A stretch of 31,161 nt of DNA from a virus (Duplodnaviria > Caudoviricetes): positions 1 to 31,161 of IMG/VR virus record IMGVR_UViG_3300017647_000011; one strand, 5' to 3'. Below are positions 9,701 through 17,413 of this stretch, in pieces. The position numbers were made by a program, and so were the translations under genes. The stretch's first letter is position 1. Every line of letters begins with the position of its first letter. The notes under the pieces are model-generated. The model did not search any database. It worked only from the letters and a program-made list of their open reading frames with translations, and had not been told where the DNA came from.

Positions 9701-9934
9701 GTGGGTGAGGGGATTACGCATCAGATCAGCGTGAGTGCCAAGATTCGACCCACGAATCGTCCGGAACCATCGAGTTCCGCCGATGATGTGGTAGAATTGT
9801 CTCTGCAGCCCGGCGACGTCTACATGCGTGACCCGCTTGGTCACAAGTGGCTGGTTTCTATCGACCAGGTAGAGCCAGAGGTTTATGGGCTTTATGAGGC
9901 AGTTAGCTTTAGCGCTCAGGAGGTGGAAGGGTGA
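6725..9934 (+). CDS. Minor tail protein with fibronectin-III repeats and a carbohydrate-binding-like insert
   Basis: Fn3 signatures (VTWSAPTNNGGSSI..Y.V, YWVRVRAENGVGWSGWS, YRYRVRAKN); CBM4/9-like segment VLPDTQYTASVY...WTRIS...PAGAAYARL...DAQLEEG. Confidence 0.85.
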   Translation: MAITWGAGDGSGYGIFYVGIDYSISGTSVTVRYYVRTEANSVNDTQKLTFYGKISGSKSFTMNTPNMGAQLVHTASFTGSRGSSYTVSASLSGTYSGGTPSHSRTITIPAVEPSKPGTPSVSSITSNGAKVTWSAPTNNGGSSIKRYQVSFSESSSFSNDDRAYTTSRSYTSTSRAPNKTYWVRVRAENGVGWSGWSGSRSFKTKPSTPSAPSSVSVSRTNDTRQVISWNRNNTSGAPYDNLYVERWDSVTNSYSVRATLSGSASSYTDTGTVANRRYRYRVRAKNSSGYSSYGYSNYISTTPLPPTNVKATKSGGNIVLTWSIPEDTGGDGPGNGIEIWHATDGVWDGTALAVLNTMATTYTHLSVNNAVTHTYRLKTRATKDTPNLYSAYSSPSNTVQLLAPPLAPTVISPADGSVYADDGSGETVVTWQHNPVDTTDQTKFEVQWRANEDVEWQTSGEIESTESSYIIPDLSHEQTWVWRVRTWGEYADPSPFNVASTFTVSSPPTVDWVSPVDEDIINLASVTAEWLYSDPDGTAQTGWEVELWQDDQRLEHQSGDDDSTLVPMETQLQNEVQYELRVRVRDEAPLWSDWVSVFFTTDFLKPAGATIIGNYNRDDGSMGITINNQVVVGAPDTVYNEVWVSEDPSLHTLYEAWEEAVINAGPTITYTWLGTANMSPSVETIDGLVTRTNVLLRPQPNPPDGVGGWATSNSTRYVSSFDEGAGPEGHPALMVERTTESPNNIIADVYAIGSTDTSTSVEHLTEVLPDTQYTASVYLKSGLAAWRSWMYIYWYDGTGTLISNPETGWVDQEGSDWTRISMTETSPAGAAYARLRVFVGTTGGNIIGGETAWVADAQLEEGPDVTPFFTGDSINQATEEVQNARQALEAAWRSTARLLATDLDLNTTITYDLPRLGVNSYYRVITASDLPSYNEGAIVPLMAGPTHGWMFLNGGPDFTQSVRLRAELKIGRTQSREKTYNRYKGRPKPIPTVGEGITHQISVSAKIRPTNRPEPSSSADDVVELSLQPGDVYMRDPLGHKWLVSIDQVEPEVYGLYEAVSFSAQEVEG

Positions 9935-11010
9935 GTATCGACCCCTCAGTGCTCATTGGTCGTCGGAATGAGCGTTGGCGGTTTGATCTACTCACGCTCA
10001 ATGACACCTACATCCGTCCCCTGAGGCGAGTGGTGGATGGGAAGTTCGACTTCTCGATCCACAACACCATTCGCTCAGGTGGCGACTTGACCTGTGCCTA
10101 CGAGCCCGACATCGACTGGCTCAAGGTTCGCATTCAGCCATGGTATATTCTACTTGACGACGACGATGAGACAGAGCTCGCCAAGTGGCCGATGGGGGTC
10201 TTCATCCCCGAGTCGCCTGGCGAGAAGTTCTCATCGACTGGCGCGTCCGTAGAGCTCCAGCTTTACGACAAGCTCCTGCTGCTCAGTCGTGATGAAGTGG
10301 AATCAACCTGGGTCGTCCCAAAGGGCACAGACGGTCTGCTAGCTGTTCGTCAGGTGATCGAATCGGTGACCGAGACGCAGTTGGTGGCCGAGGACCTTGG
10401 AAAGACGATCGCAGGCGACATGGTGTGGGATGTGGGGGAGACGAAGCTTCGGATCATCAATGACCTCCTGGAGTCAATGAACTACTTCAGTCTCTGGGTC
10501 GATGGTTACGGTCGATACCGTACGAACCCCTACATCGAGCCAATGAGCCGAGGTCTCGCCTGGGAGTTCGTTGACGACCGAGACAGCATCTATAGTCCGG
10601 ACTACGAGCACAAGGCGGACTACTTCAATGCGCCGAACAAGGTCATTCTGATCGGACAGGCAGAGGGGGACGAGGAAGCACCAAGAGCGGTGGCTCTGAA
10701 CGAGAATCCAGAGTCACCGCTCAGCTTCCAGAATCGAGGTACCTGGATCAGCTACACCGAGCAAGGTGTGGAGGCTGACTCTCTAGGGACTCTACAGGCC
10801 ATCGCCCAGCGACGGCTAGCGGAGAAGTCTCAGGTGACCTCGAGTTTCACCGTGAACAGCGCTCACATCCCATTGGAGCTGAACGGACTGGTTCGCTTTG
10901 TTGACTCAGAGTACGATCGCGAAGCCTACTGTGTCCTTCAATCATTCTCGGTGAACACACAACTGGGGTCAATGATGGAACTGGAAATGCGACGGGTGGT
11001 CGAAACATGA
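9931..11010 (+). CDS. Minor tail protein (hub/Tal-like)
   Basis: PMGVF...LQLYDKLLLL, LWVDGYG, PNKVIL patterns typical of actinophage tail hub proteins; GTGA coupling. Confidence 0.75.
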   Translation: MSIDPSVLIGRRNERWRFDLLTLNDTYIRPLRRVVDGKFDFSIHNTIRSGGDLTCAYEPDIDWLKVRIQPWYILLDDDDETELAKWPMGVFIPESPGEKFSSTGASVELQLYDKLLLLSRDEVESTWVVPKGTDGLLAVRQVIESVTETQLVAEDLGKTIAGDMVWDVGETKLRIINDLLESMNYFSLWVDGYGRYRTNPYIEPMSRGLAWEFVDDRDSIYSPDYEHKADYFNAPNKVILIGQAEGDEEAPRAVALNENPESPLSFQNRGTWISYTEQGVEADSLGTLQAIAQRRLAEKSQVTSSFTVNSAHIPLELNGLVRFVDSEYDREAYCVLQSFSVNTQLGSMMELEMRRVVET

Positions 11011-11762
11011 CAGGTAACCCCCTAGTCGATGCCTTCCTGCCCCCGGGAGGGAATTCCACACCGCCGACGAACTATAGGTGGGGCATCGTCTCGGGCTGGG
11101 ATGGTAATCGATGCCTTGTTCACTTGGATGGGGACTTCGATTCTGAGGATAACCCCATCATTATGCCGGCAGCTGTTCAATACGTAGGCTCAACCCCCCG
11201 AACTGGGGATAGAGTCTTAGTGTTGATTCATCATCTTCGAGCCACCATTCTGGGAGTACTATCTCCCTCTACATCGGTGATTGGCCCAGAGGGAAGTACT
11301 TCTGAGTCGGTCTTGAGGCTGAACCGCGTCGTCAGCGGTTCTCAGTTGGCGTATGAGTTCCAGGCGGGCGCCAGCGAGCAGGCCAACATCATGGTCAAGA
11401 AGGACGACCAGACTCACTCGATCTTCCGAGTGGGGCGCGATGGTCAGCTGGGGGTGCAGACCTACACCGTGTCGGGCAGCGGCAGCGCCACCCGTCCACT
11501 GCCGTTCGCCACGGCCAGCGGCGAGGTCTCGGTCGACCTGCTCAGCAGCGGCAACTACGACACGTACTCGGTCACCTTCCCGAGCGGGCGCTTCACGAAG
11601 TCACCGCTCGTGTTCGTGAACACTCAAGGCACCGTGCCGCGCCGGACCTTCGGCGCGACCGGTACCAGCACGAGCGGCTTCACGCTGCGGACGGCCAACT
11701 ACAGCGGCGGGAACTCCGGCGCGCAGACCGTGCACTGGTTCGCCGTGCAGATGGAGGTGTGA
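11007..11762 (+). CDS. Minor tail / receptor-binding protein
   Basis: N-terminal OB-like (WGIV...VHLDGD...PRTGDRVLV); C-terminal VTFPSGRFTKSP.V...GFT....VHWFAVQ fibre-tip motif. Confidence 0.7.
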   Translation: MTGNPLVDAFLPPGGNSTPPTNYRWGIVSGWDGNRCLVHLDGDFDSEDNPIIMPAAVQYVGSTPRTGDRVLVLIHHLRATILGVLSPSTSVIGPEGSTSESVLRLNRVVSGSQLAYEFQAGASEQANIMVKKDDQTHSIFRVGRDGQLGVQTYTVSGSGSATRPLPFATASGEVSVDLLSSGNYDTYSVTFPSGRFTKSPLVFVNTQGTVPRRTFGATGTSTSGFTLRTANYSGGNSGAQTVHWFAVQMEV

Positions 11763-11763
11763 G

Positions 11764-11928
11764 GTGGAGGACGAAGACGAGGAGCAGACCAAGATCATCG
11801 AGGTGGTCTGCGCGACCGAGGGCTGCAGTAACGCCGGCATCCCGATCCAGTTGGAGGTGCCCGAGTCGATCCGCGCCGTGTTCTGCGGCGTCTGTGGGCA
11901 GCGGATCATCGAGTACGACGAGGGGTGA
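11764..11928 (+). CDS. 54-aa Cys4 protein after the fibre gene (not in ORF track)
   Basis: GTG start; MEDEDEEQTKIIEVVCATEGCSNAGIPIQLEVPESIRAVFCGVCGQRIIEYDEG; GGAGG upstream. Confidence 0.7.
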   Translation: MEDEDEEQTKIIEVVCATEGCSNAGIPIQLEVPESIRAVFCGVCGQRIIEYDEG

Positions 11929-11932
11929 TGGT

Positions 11933-12256
11933 GTGATTGATTTCCTCGGGGTGCCCCTCAGTCTGGTGAACGCCTCCGGCTGGGGGGCATTCGCCCTGCT
12001 CGCCTGGGTGGTGATCCGTCTTGTACTAAAGGGTCAACTCTATCCTGCCAGGTATGTGCAAGAGATTAGGGAAGACCGAGACCAGCGGCTCATCGAGGTA
12101 GGTGCCTGGAAGGCTGCATTCGAAGAGCGAGGCATCGTTGTCAGGGACCTGCTATCACAGAACCGCAAGCTACTGGAGCTCTCGAAAACGAGTGCTCACA
12201 TCCTCAAGTCGCTACCAAACACGGGGGACATTGAAGAGGAGGCTCGCAGTGGGTAA
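11933..12256 (+). CDS. Single-TM membrane protein with coiled coil (lysis-cassette type)
   Basis: GTG at 11933 after GAGGGG; GWGAFALLAWVVIRLVL TM; true 3' part of track ORF 11759-12256. Confidence 0.7.
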   Translation: MIDFLGVPLSLVNASGWGAFALLAWVVIRLVLKGQLYPARYVQEIREDRDQRLIEVGAWKAAFEERGIVVRDLLSQNRKLLELSKTSAHILKSLPNTGDIEEEARSG

Positions 12257-12479
12257 TCGTTGGCGCTGGCCGTGGACGCAACCCGAAGAGCTGAAGTGCC
12301 CCGAGCCGTCAACCTTGGTCGAGGCTGAAGAGGCGCTCGAACAAGTACACCGTGAGCAAGAAGAAGTCCGAGAACTCCAGCCCCAAGTGACACACGTAAC
12401 TAGAGAAATAGCCATCGAGCGCGAGGTCAACCACCTGGCGGCGCGCTTTCGAGAGGCACTACGGGGAGGACACGCATGA
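12249..12479 (+). CDS. Small coiled-coil protein of lysis cassette
   Basis: GAGGAGG SD, GTG start; MGNRWRWPW...EVNHLAARFREAL. Confidence 0.65.
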   Translation: MGNRWRWPWTQPEELKCPEPSTLVEAEEALEQVHREQEEVRELQPQVTHVTREIAIEREVNHLAARFREALRGGHA

Positions 12480-12883
12480 GGCCGGACACCTTGGCGCTCA
12501 TACTCGCAGCGATTCCAGCCATCGCTTTCGTCATTCTCTACCTGAACGAGTACCGGCACATCTGGCCCACACCTGAGTCCCGCCACCTGATCGGCTTCAC
12601 GGCCATTATCGCCCTTGTTCTCCTCGAGGAGCTGGCTCGCAGGGTGTGGATCGACATCATCCCCCGAGAAGCCCACCGGGTTTTCGTCGCCGCTACCGTC
12701 ACGGGTGCCTCAATCTTCCTCTGGCAACGACTGTACATGCTCTTGCGATACCAGGTGATACCTCGCAAGAAGCGCCGGAGGGCTGCAAAGAACCCACGCA
12801 AAGACCCCCCCAGTTCGCCTGGGGTGAACAGGTCCGGCCAGGGCCTAGACAAGGAGAATCATGAGCAAGAGGATCGTTTCTGA
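12476..12883 (+). CDS. Three-TM holin-like membrane protein
   Basis: Three hydrophobic segments, basic C-tail; GGAGGA SD; ATGA coupling. Confidence 0.6.
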   Translation: MRPDTLALILAAIPAIAFVILYLNEYRHIWPTPESRHLIGFTAIIALVLLEELARRVWIDIIPREAHRVFVAATVTGASIFLWQRLYMLLRYQVIPRKKRRRAAKNPRKDPPSSPGVNRSGQGLDKENHEQEDRF

Positions 12884-13136
12884 GGAGCTCGAGTTCGCCG
12901 CGAAGCAGGGCTTTGTCAGAACCGCAGCTCAGTCCATCGCCGGCGCGCTCGCCGGTGGTATCAGTGCTACTGCGATCGTGACTGTGGTCTCGGGCGAGGT
13001 CGAGCTGGTGCCGACGCTGATTACCTGGGGAGTGGCAGTGGCGACTCCGTTCATCAACGGGGCTCAGTCGTACTTCTCCATCATCGGACGCGGCATCCCG
13101 GAGGCATACGTCGAGGCGGGAGAGCAGCAGGCCTGA
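12861..13136 (+). CDS. Holin-like protein
   Basis: FVRTAAQS...two hydrophobic helices...GIPE pattern; AAGGAG SD; last gene before terminator. Confidence 0.6.
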   Translation: MSKRIVSEELEFAAKQGFVRTAAQSIAGALAGGISATAIVTVVSGEVELVPTLITWGVAVATPFINGAQSYFSIIGRGIPEAYVEAGEQQA

Positions 13137-13150
13137 CACCTCCGGCGACA

Positions 13151-13189
13151 GACCCCCACATCTGGCTTTCCAGGCTGGGTGTGGGGGTC
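13151..13189 (+). terminator. Terminator-like hairpin ending the structural operon
   Basis: GACCCCCACATCTGGC / GCTGGGTGTGGGGGTC, 16-bp stem whose G-U pairs form on the + strand. Confidence 0.75.
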
Positions 13190-13199
13190 GTAGTCGTGT

Positions 13200-13680
13200 G
13201 TTAGGGGTCGCCGTGATCGCGCGTCGATCGTCGAGCGTCAGGCACCTCAAGAAGCCGTCTATATCGCTCCCTAATCGCCGTTGACATAAAAGCAGCATGA
13301 TTAGATGGCCCTTGCGGTAGGAGCGATTTAAGGAACATACACAGCTCATCGCCCCCACCTAGAATGGCGAAGAGGTGAGGGCGAGAGCTAAGGGGCACCA
13401 GTTGGTTGTTCAAGCCTGAGCAGTTCGAGGAGCTGCAGCCTCTGGGTTGCCACTGAGAGGGAGCTACTACTCGAGAGGAATGCTGCTAGGCCCCCTTAAA
13501 GTTTGGGCTGGGCGCGATAAGATCATCGTCGTTTAAGATCGATCCGGTCTACCGATCATAGGAAGATCCCCAGTGCATCTGTGCTCTATGAAGTTGTGCC
13601 TCTTGGAAGTTGTCGGCCTGAACCCATACTATCCGACTTGGCGCTTCCCCTACCAGTTAGCGCAGTTCCCTTGGGAGGAG
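13200..13680 (-). ncRNA. Candidate structured non-coding RNA (boundaries approximate)
   Basis: No credible ORF; helical domains at 13263-13327, 13343-13389, 13414-13491, 13605-13648; minus strand gives a G-U pair and GCAA tetraloops. Confidence 0.5.
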
Positions 13681-13684
13681 AGGG

Positions 13685-14125
13685 TCAGTCCTCGTCCTCG
13701 AGCTCGTCGTCCTCGTCGGACTCCGCGGCGGCAGCGGCAGCTGCGGCGGCCTTCTGCTCCGCCTTGCGCTGCTTGAGCGCCTCGAGCTTCTGGCGCTTGT
13801 CCTCCTCGAGCTCGCCGGCCTGGAAGGCCTTGAGGATCGCCTTGACCTGCGGGTCGTTCGGGCCGGCGAACTCCCACCGAGCGCGGTTGCCCGGGATGAT
13901 CTCGCGGTCGAGTCGACCGTCCTTGGCCATCTTGCGGAGCAGGACGCGCAGCTCGCGGGTGGTCGTCTTCTTGCCGAGCTTGTTCGAGATGAGCTCGACG
14001 ACGTCGGAAACGCCGAAGATGGGCTCGGTGGTGGCCTCCTCGGCCTCGACCTCCTCGACCTCCTCGACCTCGGGCTCGGGAGCCGGCTTCGCCTTAGCCT
14101 TGGTGCTGGTGCGCTTGGTCGCCAT
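13685..14125 (-). CDS. Acidic-tailed HTH-like DNA-binding protein
   Basis: GVSDVVELI...TTTRELRVLLRK...GNRARWEF core; AAAGGAAG SD; high-expression codons; own promoter. Confidence 0.7.
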   Translation of the reverse strand: MATKRTSTKAKAKPAPEPEVEEVEEVEAEEATTEPIFGVSDVVELISNKLGKKTTTRELRVLLRKMAKDGRLDREIIPGNRARWEFAGPNDPQVKAILKAFQAGELEEDKRQKLEALKQRKAEQKAAAAAAAAAESDEDDELEDED

Positions 14126-14195
14126 GATATGGCTTCCTTTCTTGTTGGGGGTAGTGGCAGTCTGCCCTCATCGGTTGGGTTGAGCAGCCCTACAT

Positions 14196-14224
14196 ACATT
14201 AATGGGCTCAGCTTCGGTTGTCAA
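14196..14224 (-). promoter_or_regulatory. SigA-type promoter TTGACA-N17-TAATGT
   Basis: Direct match, upstream of the 14125 gene. Confidence 0.7.
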
Positions 14225-14253
14225 GGCGGCGAGGAAGGCATCTTCCCCTTGCC

Positions 14254-14283
14254 TTGACGCGGTTTAAACGAGGCATATATAAT
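14254..14283 (+). promoter_or_regulatory. SigA-type promoter TTGACG-N18-TATAAT (probably leaderless transcript)
   Basis: ATG 14291 follows a 7-nt gap after the -10. Confidence 0.75.
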
Positions 14284-14290
14284 CGAGGTC

Positions 14291-14656
14291 ATGGGCAAGT
14301 ACCTGATACTCGAGTTCGAAGATGACGCTACGGCGGATCGCTTCATCGAGAAGGTGGATTCTGCTACGCGCGCAGGTAAACTGTATCGCATCATCGGCAT
14401 CTTCCAGAAGCCTCCTCGGAAGCGATGCACCTGTGCCGGCGAGAAGTCATGGACCGAGCGTCAGCGGTCAAACACCGTTAAGCGTCACAAGAAGCTTGGG
14501 TTCTGGTACTGCAGTGAATGTAAGCGCGTGCGCGGGGGAGCTCAGTCACCGAAGAACCTCAGGCAAGCCGAAGGCGAATATGGTCCTTACCTGAGATTCG
14601 ACGACGATCAGAAGCTCATCCCCAACTACCCCTTCACGGAGGCATACTCAAAGTGA
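14291..14656 (+). CDS. Hypothetical Zn-binding protein
   Basis: CxC ... CxxC; directly behind promoter. Confidence 0.7.
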   Translation: MGKYLILEFEDDATADRFIEKVDSATRAGKLYRIIGIFQKPPRKRCTCAGEKSWTERQRSNTVKRHKKLGFWYCSECKRVRGGAQSPKNLRQAEGEYGPYLRFDDDQKLIPNYPFTEAYSK

Positions 14657-16185
14657 AGTACCGTTGGAAGAAACGGCCCTACAAGCACCAGGTTGCCGCG
14701 GTAAAGAACTTGCTAGCTCGTGGCTGGGGCGGTGCCCTGCTCATGGAACCTCGGACAGGCAAGACAAAGGTGGCTATTGACTACCTCTCTATCCTGCATA
14801 TGCAAGGGAAGGTGAACCGGGTTCTCGTGATCGGCCCTATCGTCGCCCTTGCGGTGTGGGAACAGCAACTTGCCGAGAACTGCCCCGTGAACTACCACAT
14901 CACGAAGTGGGACCGTAAGGGTCGGAAGAAGGAGCCTCTGCCGAAGTATGGCAAGGATAGGCTCGACATCGTGCTGATGAATTACGACGCATTCTCCACA
15001 CCGGGGGAGTGGCGAACCGACCGGAAGGGGAACCTGATCCTCGACCCTGCTGGCAAGCCGATTCGCTCACGCAGTAAGGGTGGACGATACGACGTCAAGA
15101 AGCAGATCAAACTCTGGCAGCCTCAGATGATCATTCTGGATGAGAGCCACCGAATCAAGACGCCCTCTGCCAAGAAGACCACTGCAATCTTGTCTCTTAG
15201 GGATATCCCAGAGTATAGACTGATCCTGACTGGAACGGTGGTGACCAAGAGCAAGCGACTCTTCGATGTCTACGCTCAGTGGAAGTTCCTGAACCCACAG
15301 CGATTCGCGGGGATGACCTTTGCCGACTTCAAGGCAAACTACGGGCGATGGCTCCCTCGAGAGAAGTACTCTCAGTGGATAGGTAATCGAAACGAAGATG
15401 ACCTCCATGCAAGGATTCACCTCGACAGCTTCAGTGTGACTCGAGAAGAGTGTTATGATCTACCGGAGCAGACAGTTCAGATCATCCCAGTAGAACTTGA
15501 GGAGAGCGCCCCAGTCTACGACCAGATGGCTGAGGACATGGTCGCTCGCATCCACACAGGTGAGATTACGGAGGCGTCAATTCGTCTTGTTCAGCGACTC
15601 AGGCTTCAGCAGATCACCTCAGGGTTGGCCACGACTATGCCCTCCCCGGAGCATCCGAAGGGTCAGCTGCGTATTATCGGGGCGGAAAAGCTGCGGATGA
15701 TTGAGAGCCGCCTGGAAGACCTTATGGAAGCCGATGAGAAGGTCGTCATCGGTGCACTATTCAAGGCGGACATCAGTCGACTGCAGCAACTCTGCCAGAA
15801 GATGAAGGTCCCATACTTCACTATCAGGGGCGGGATGAAGGACAGTGAACGCGAGTACGCATGGAAGCAATTCCCGAAGGTTCGCGGAGGTGCGGTCTTC
15901 ATTGGCCAGCCCGCAGCTGCTGGTGAGGCTATCGATCTTAGCTGTGCTTCTATCCTACAGTGGTATAGCCTGCCTTCCAGCTGGGTGAACTTCCGTCAGT
16001 TCTCTGATCGCATCGCACTCAGCGATAAGCCGACGTTCCATGAGTTCTACCTTGCTCGAGGTACCATTGATGAACTAATGAAGGAAACGTTGGATGAAGA
16101 CGGCGACATTGGCAAGGCCATGATCTCAAGCCCCGACCGTCTGCTGCGCATGAACGCGGCTTTGACATCTCGCAATTCTGAGTGA
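14653..16185 (+). CDS. SNF2-like / DExH-box helicase
   Basis: Q motif PYKHQ, Walker A MEPRTGKT, ILDESH, LTGT; C-terminal domain AAGEAIDL. Confidence 0.9.
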   Translation: MKYRWKKRPYKHQVAAVKNLLARGWGGALLMEPRTGKTKVAIDYLSILHMQGKVNRVLVIGPIVALAVWEQQLAENCPVNYHITKWDRKGRKKEPLPKYGKDRLDIVLMNYDAFSTPGEWRTDRKGNLILDPAGKPIRSRSKGGRYDVKKQIKLWQPQMIILDESHRIKTPSAKKTTAILSLRDIPEYRLILTGTVVTKSKRLFDVYAQWKFLNPQRFAGMTFADFKANYGRWLPREKYSQWIGNRNEDDLHARIHLDSFSVTREECYDLPEQTVQIIPVELEESAPVYDQMAEDMVARIHTGEITEASIRLVQRLRLQQITSGLATTMPSPEHPKGQLRIIGAEKLRMIESRLEDLMEADEKVVIGALFKADISRLQQLCQKMKVPYFTIRGGMKDSEREYAWKQFPKVRGGAVFIGQPAAAGEAIDLSCASILQWYSLPSSWVNFRQFSDRIALSDKPTFHEFYLARGTIDELMKETLDEDGDIGKAMISSPDRLLRMNAALTSRNSE

Positions 16186-16191
16186 TAATAT
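16162..16191 (+). promoter_or_regulatory. Promoter TTGACA-N18-TAATAT for the nucleotide-metabolism cluster
   Basis: Direct match overlapping the helicase stop. Confidence 0.65.
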
Positions 16192-16216
16192 TACCACGTA
16201 GAGAAAAGAGGTTGCC

Positions 16217-16801
16217 ATGATCATCTTGGAAGGCCCAGATGGCGCGGGCAAGACTACGTTGCTGTCGGAGCTACAACAGCACTTCGGTTTCCCCGTCGCC
16301 GATCGTGTGGTCAGCAAGGATGCCGAAGCGATGGTCGATCTCCAGAGCTGGGTCGAACAGAACGTTCGACAGGGGTTCCAGGAGATGTTCTTCGATCGTC
16401 ACCGTCTGGTGAGTGAGTTCATTTACGGCCCCGTACTGCGACGACATGCAGAGCCTGGTTTCACAGACGTGGGCTGGACTGGGGCGATGCTGCAGCTGTT
16501 CTACCACATCCGACCGGTGGTGATCTACTGCCTGCCTCCGCTTCAAGTGGTCAAGGACAACCTCCGAGGCGATCCCGACAACGAACGAGTCAACCCACAC
16601 ATCGAGTCGATCTATCAGGCATATCTTCAGCGAGCTTGGATGGATCGCATGATCAACCCTTACTCGGCCATCTATGACTACACCACTGACGGTCAGGAGG
16701 AGGATCACCTCAAGTACTACATCGACCTGATCAACGAAGCTCTCAGGTATGCTAAGTACCGGGCTTCGATCAACGCCAAGTACACCCCCATCGAAAGGTA
16801 A
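16217..16801 (+). CDS. dNMP (thymidylate-kinase-like) kinase
   Basis: IILEGPDGAGKTT P-loop; FDRH..SEFIYG. Confidence 0.85.
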   Translation: MIILEGPDGAGKTTLLSELQQHFGFPVADRVVSKDAEAMVDLQSWVEQNVRQGFQEMFFDRHRLVSEFIYGPVLRRHAEPGFTDVGWTGAMLQLFYHIRPVVIYCLPPLQVVKDNLRGDPDNERVNPHIESIYQAYLQRAWMDRMINPYSAIYDYTTDGQEEDHLKYYIDLINEALRYAKYRASINAKYTPIER

Positions 16802-16805
16802 TAGC

Positions 16806-17294
16806 ATGGTAGGAGACAAGCTCGACCAGATGTTCCATCTCCAGGGCATCCTGCAGCGCGACACGTACGGCGCTCACCCTGCCGAGATCGAGGACATCGA
16901 GGAGCGAATCCAGTTCTATAAGGACATGCACGTAGCCATCGTCGACGAGCTTCACGAGGCGCTCGCTGAGATCGGTTGGAAGCCCTGGGCAACCTCGCGA
17001 CACATCAACGAGGACGCGGTGAAGGGCGAGCTGGTGGATGCCTTTCACTTCTTCATGAACCTCTGTATGCTGGTCGGCATGACTCCGGAGGAGCTCACGA
17101 GGAGATACGTGCTCAAGCGGGAGAAGAATATCAAGCGCCAGCAGGATGGCTACGATGGGGTCTCGAGCAAGTGCGTTGGGTGTGGGAGGGCGCTTGACGA
17201 TGACGCAGTGACCTGTCGAATCTCGGACAATGGGCGATACGCATACTGCTATGCGGCGTCTGACGGATCTCACAGGACGTTCACACTCTCATGA
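16806..17294 (+). CDS. All-alpha (dimeric) dUTPase/dCTPase-family pyrophosphatase with Cys-rich tail
   Basis: DELHEALAEIGWKPW and ELVDAFHF motifs; KREKNIKRQQDGY; C-terminal CVGC...C...C. Confidence 0.85.
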   Translation: MVGDKLDQMFHLQGILQRDTYGAHPAEIEDIEERIQFYKDMHVAIVDELHEALAEIGWKPWATSRHINEDAVKGELVDAFHFFMNLCMLVGMTPEELTRRYVLKREKNIKRQQDGYDGVSSKCVGCGRALDDDAVTCRISDNGRYAYCYAASDGSHRTFTLS

Positions 17295-17413
17295 AGAAGC
17301 CGATCGATCAGGGTCGACTCGTAGGCCTGATTCTTGCTTGGGCCTTGTCTGCTCTCGTTATCTCTCTCATTATTCTCGCCATCGTCAAGATCTGGAGCTG
17401 GATTCTTTCATGA
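17291..17413 (+). CDS. 40-aa single-TM membrane peptide (not in ORF track)
   Basis: MKKPIDQGRLVGLILAWALSALVISLIILAIVKIWSWILS; ATGA overlaps at both ends. Confidence 0.7.
   Translation: MKKPIDQGRLVGLILAWALSALVISLIILAIVKIWSWILS

Noticed and set aside
8858-9844. 328-aa antisense ORF (also 25490-26620, 4178-4759, 22006-22731 and similar)
   Set aside because: Shadow ORFs opposite well-supported genes, expected in high-GC DNA; no motifs or SD
11759-12256. 165-aa track ORF as a single gene
   Set aside because: Its first ~58 codons are an off-frame read of the 54-aa Cys4 gene (11764-11928); the membrane gene more plausibly starts at GTG 11933
13281-13310. TTGACA as a + strand promoter (also TTGACG near 27756)
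   Set aside because: No TANNNT at 16-18 nt spacing
13201-13413. 70-aa minus-strand ORF in the structured region
   Set aside because: TTG start without SD, atypical codons, no motif; RNA structure explains the region better, though translation is not excluded
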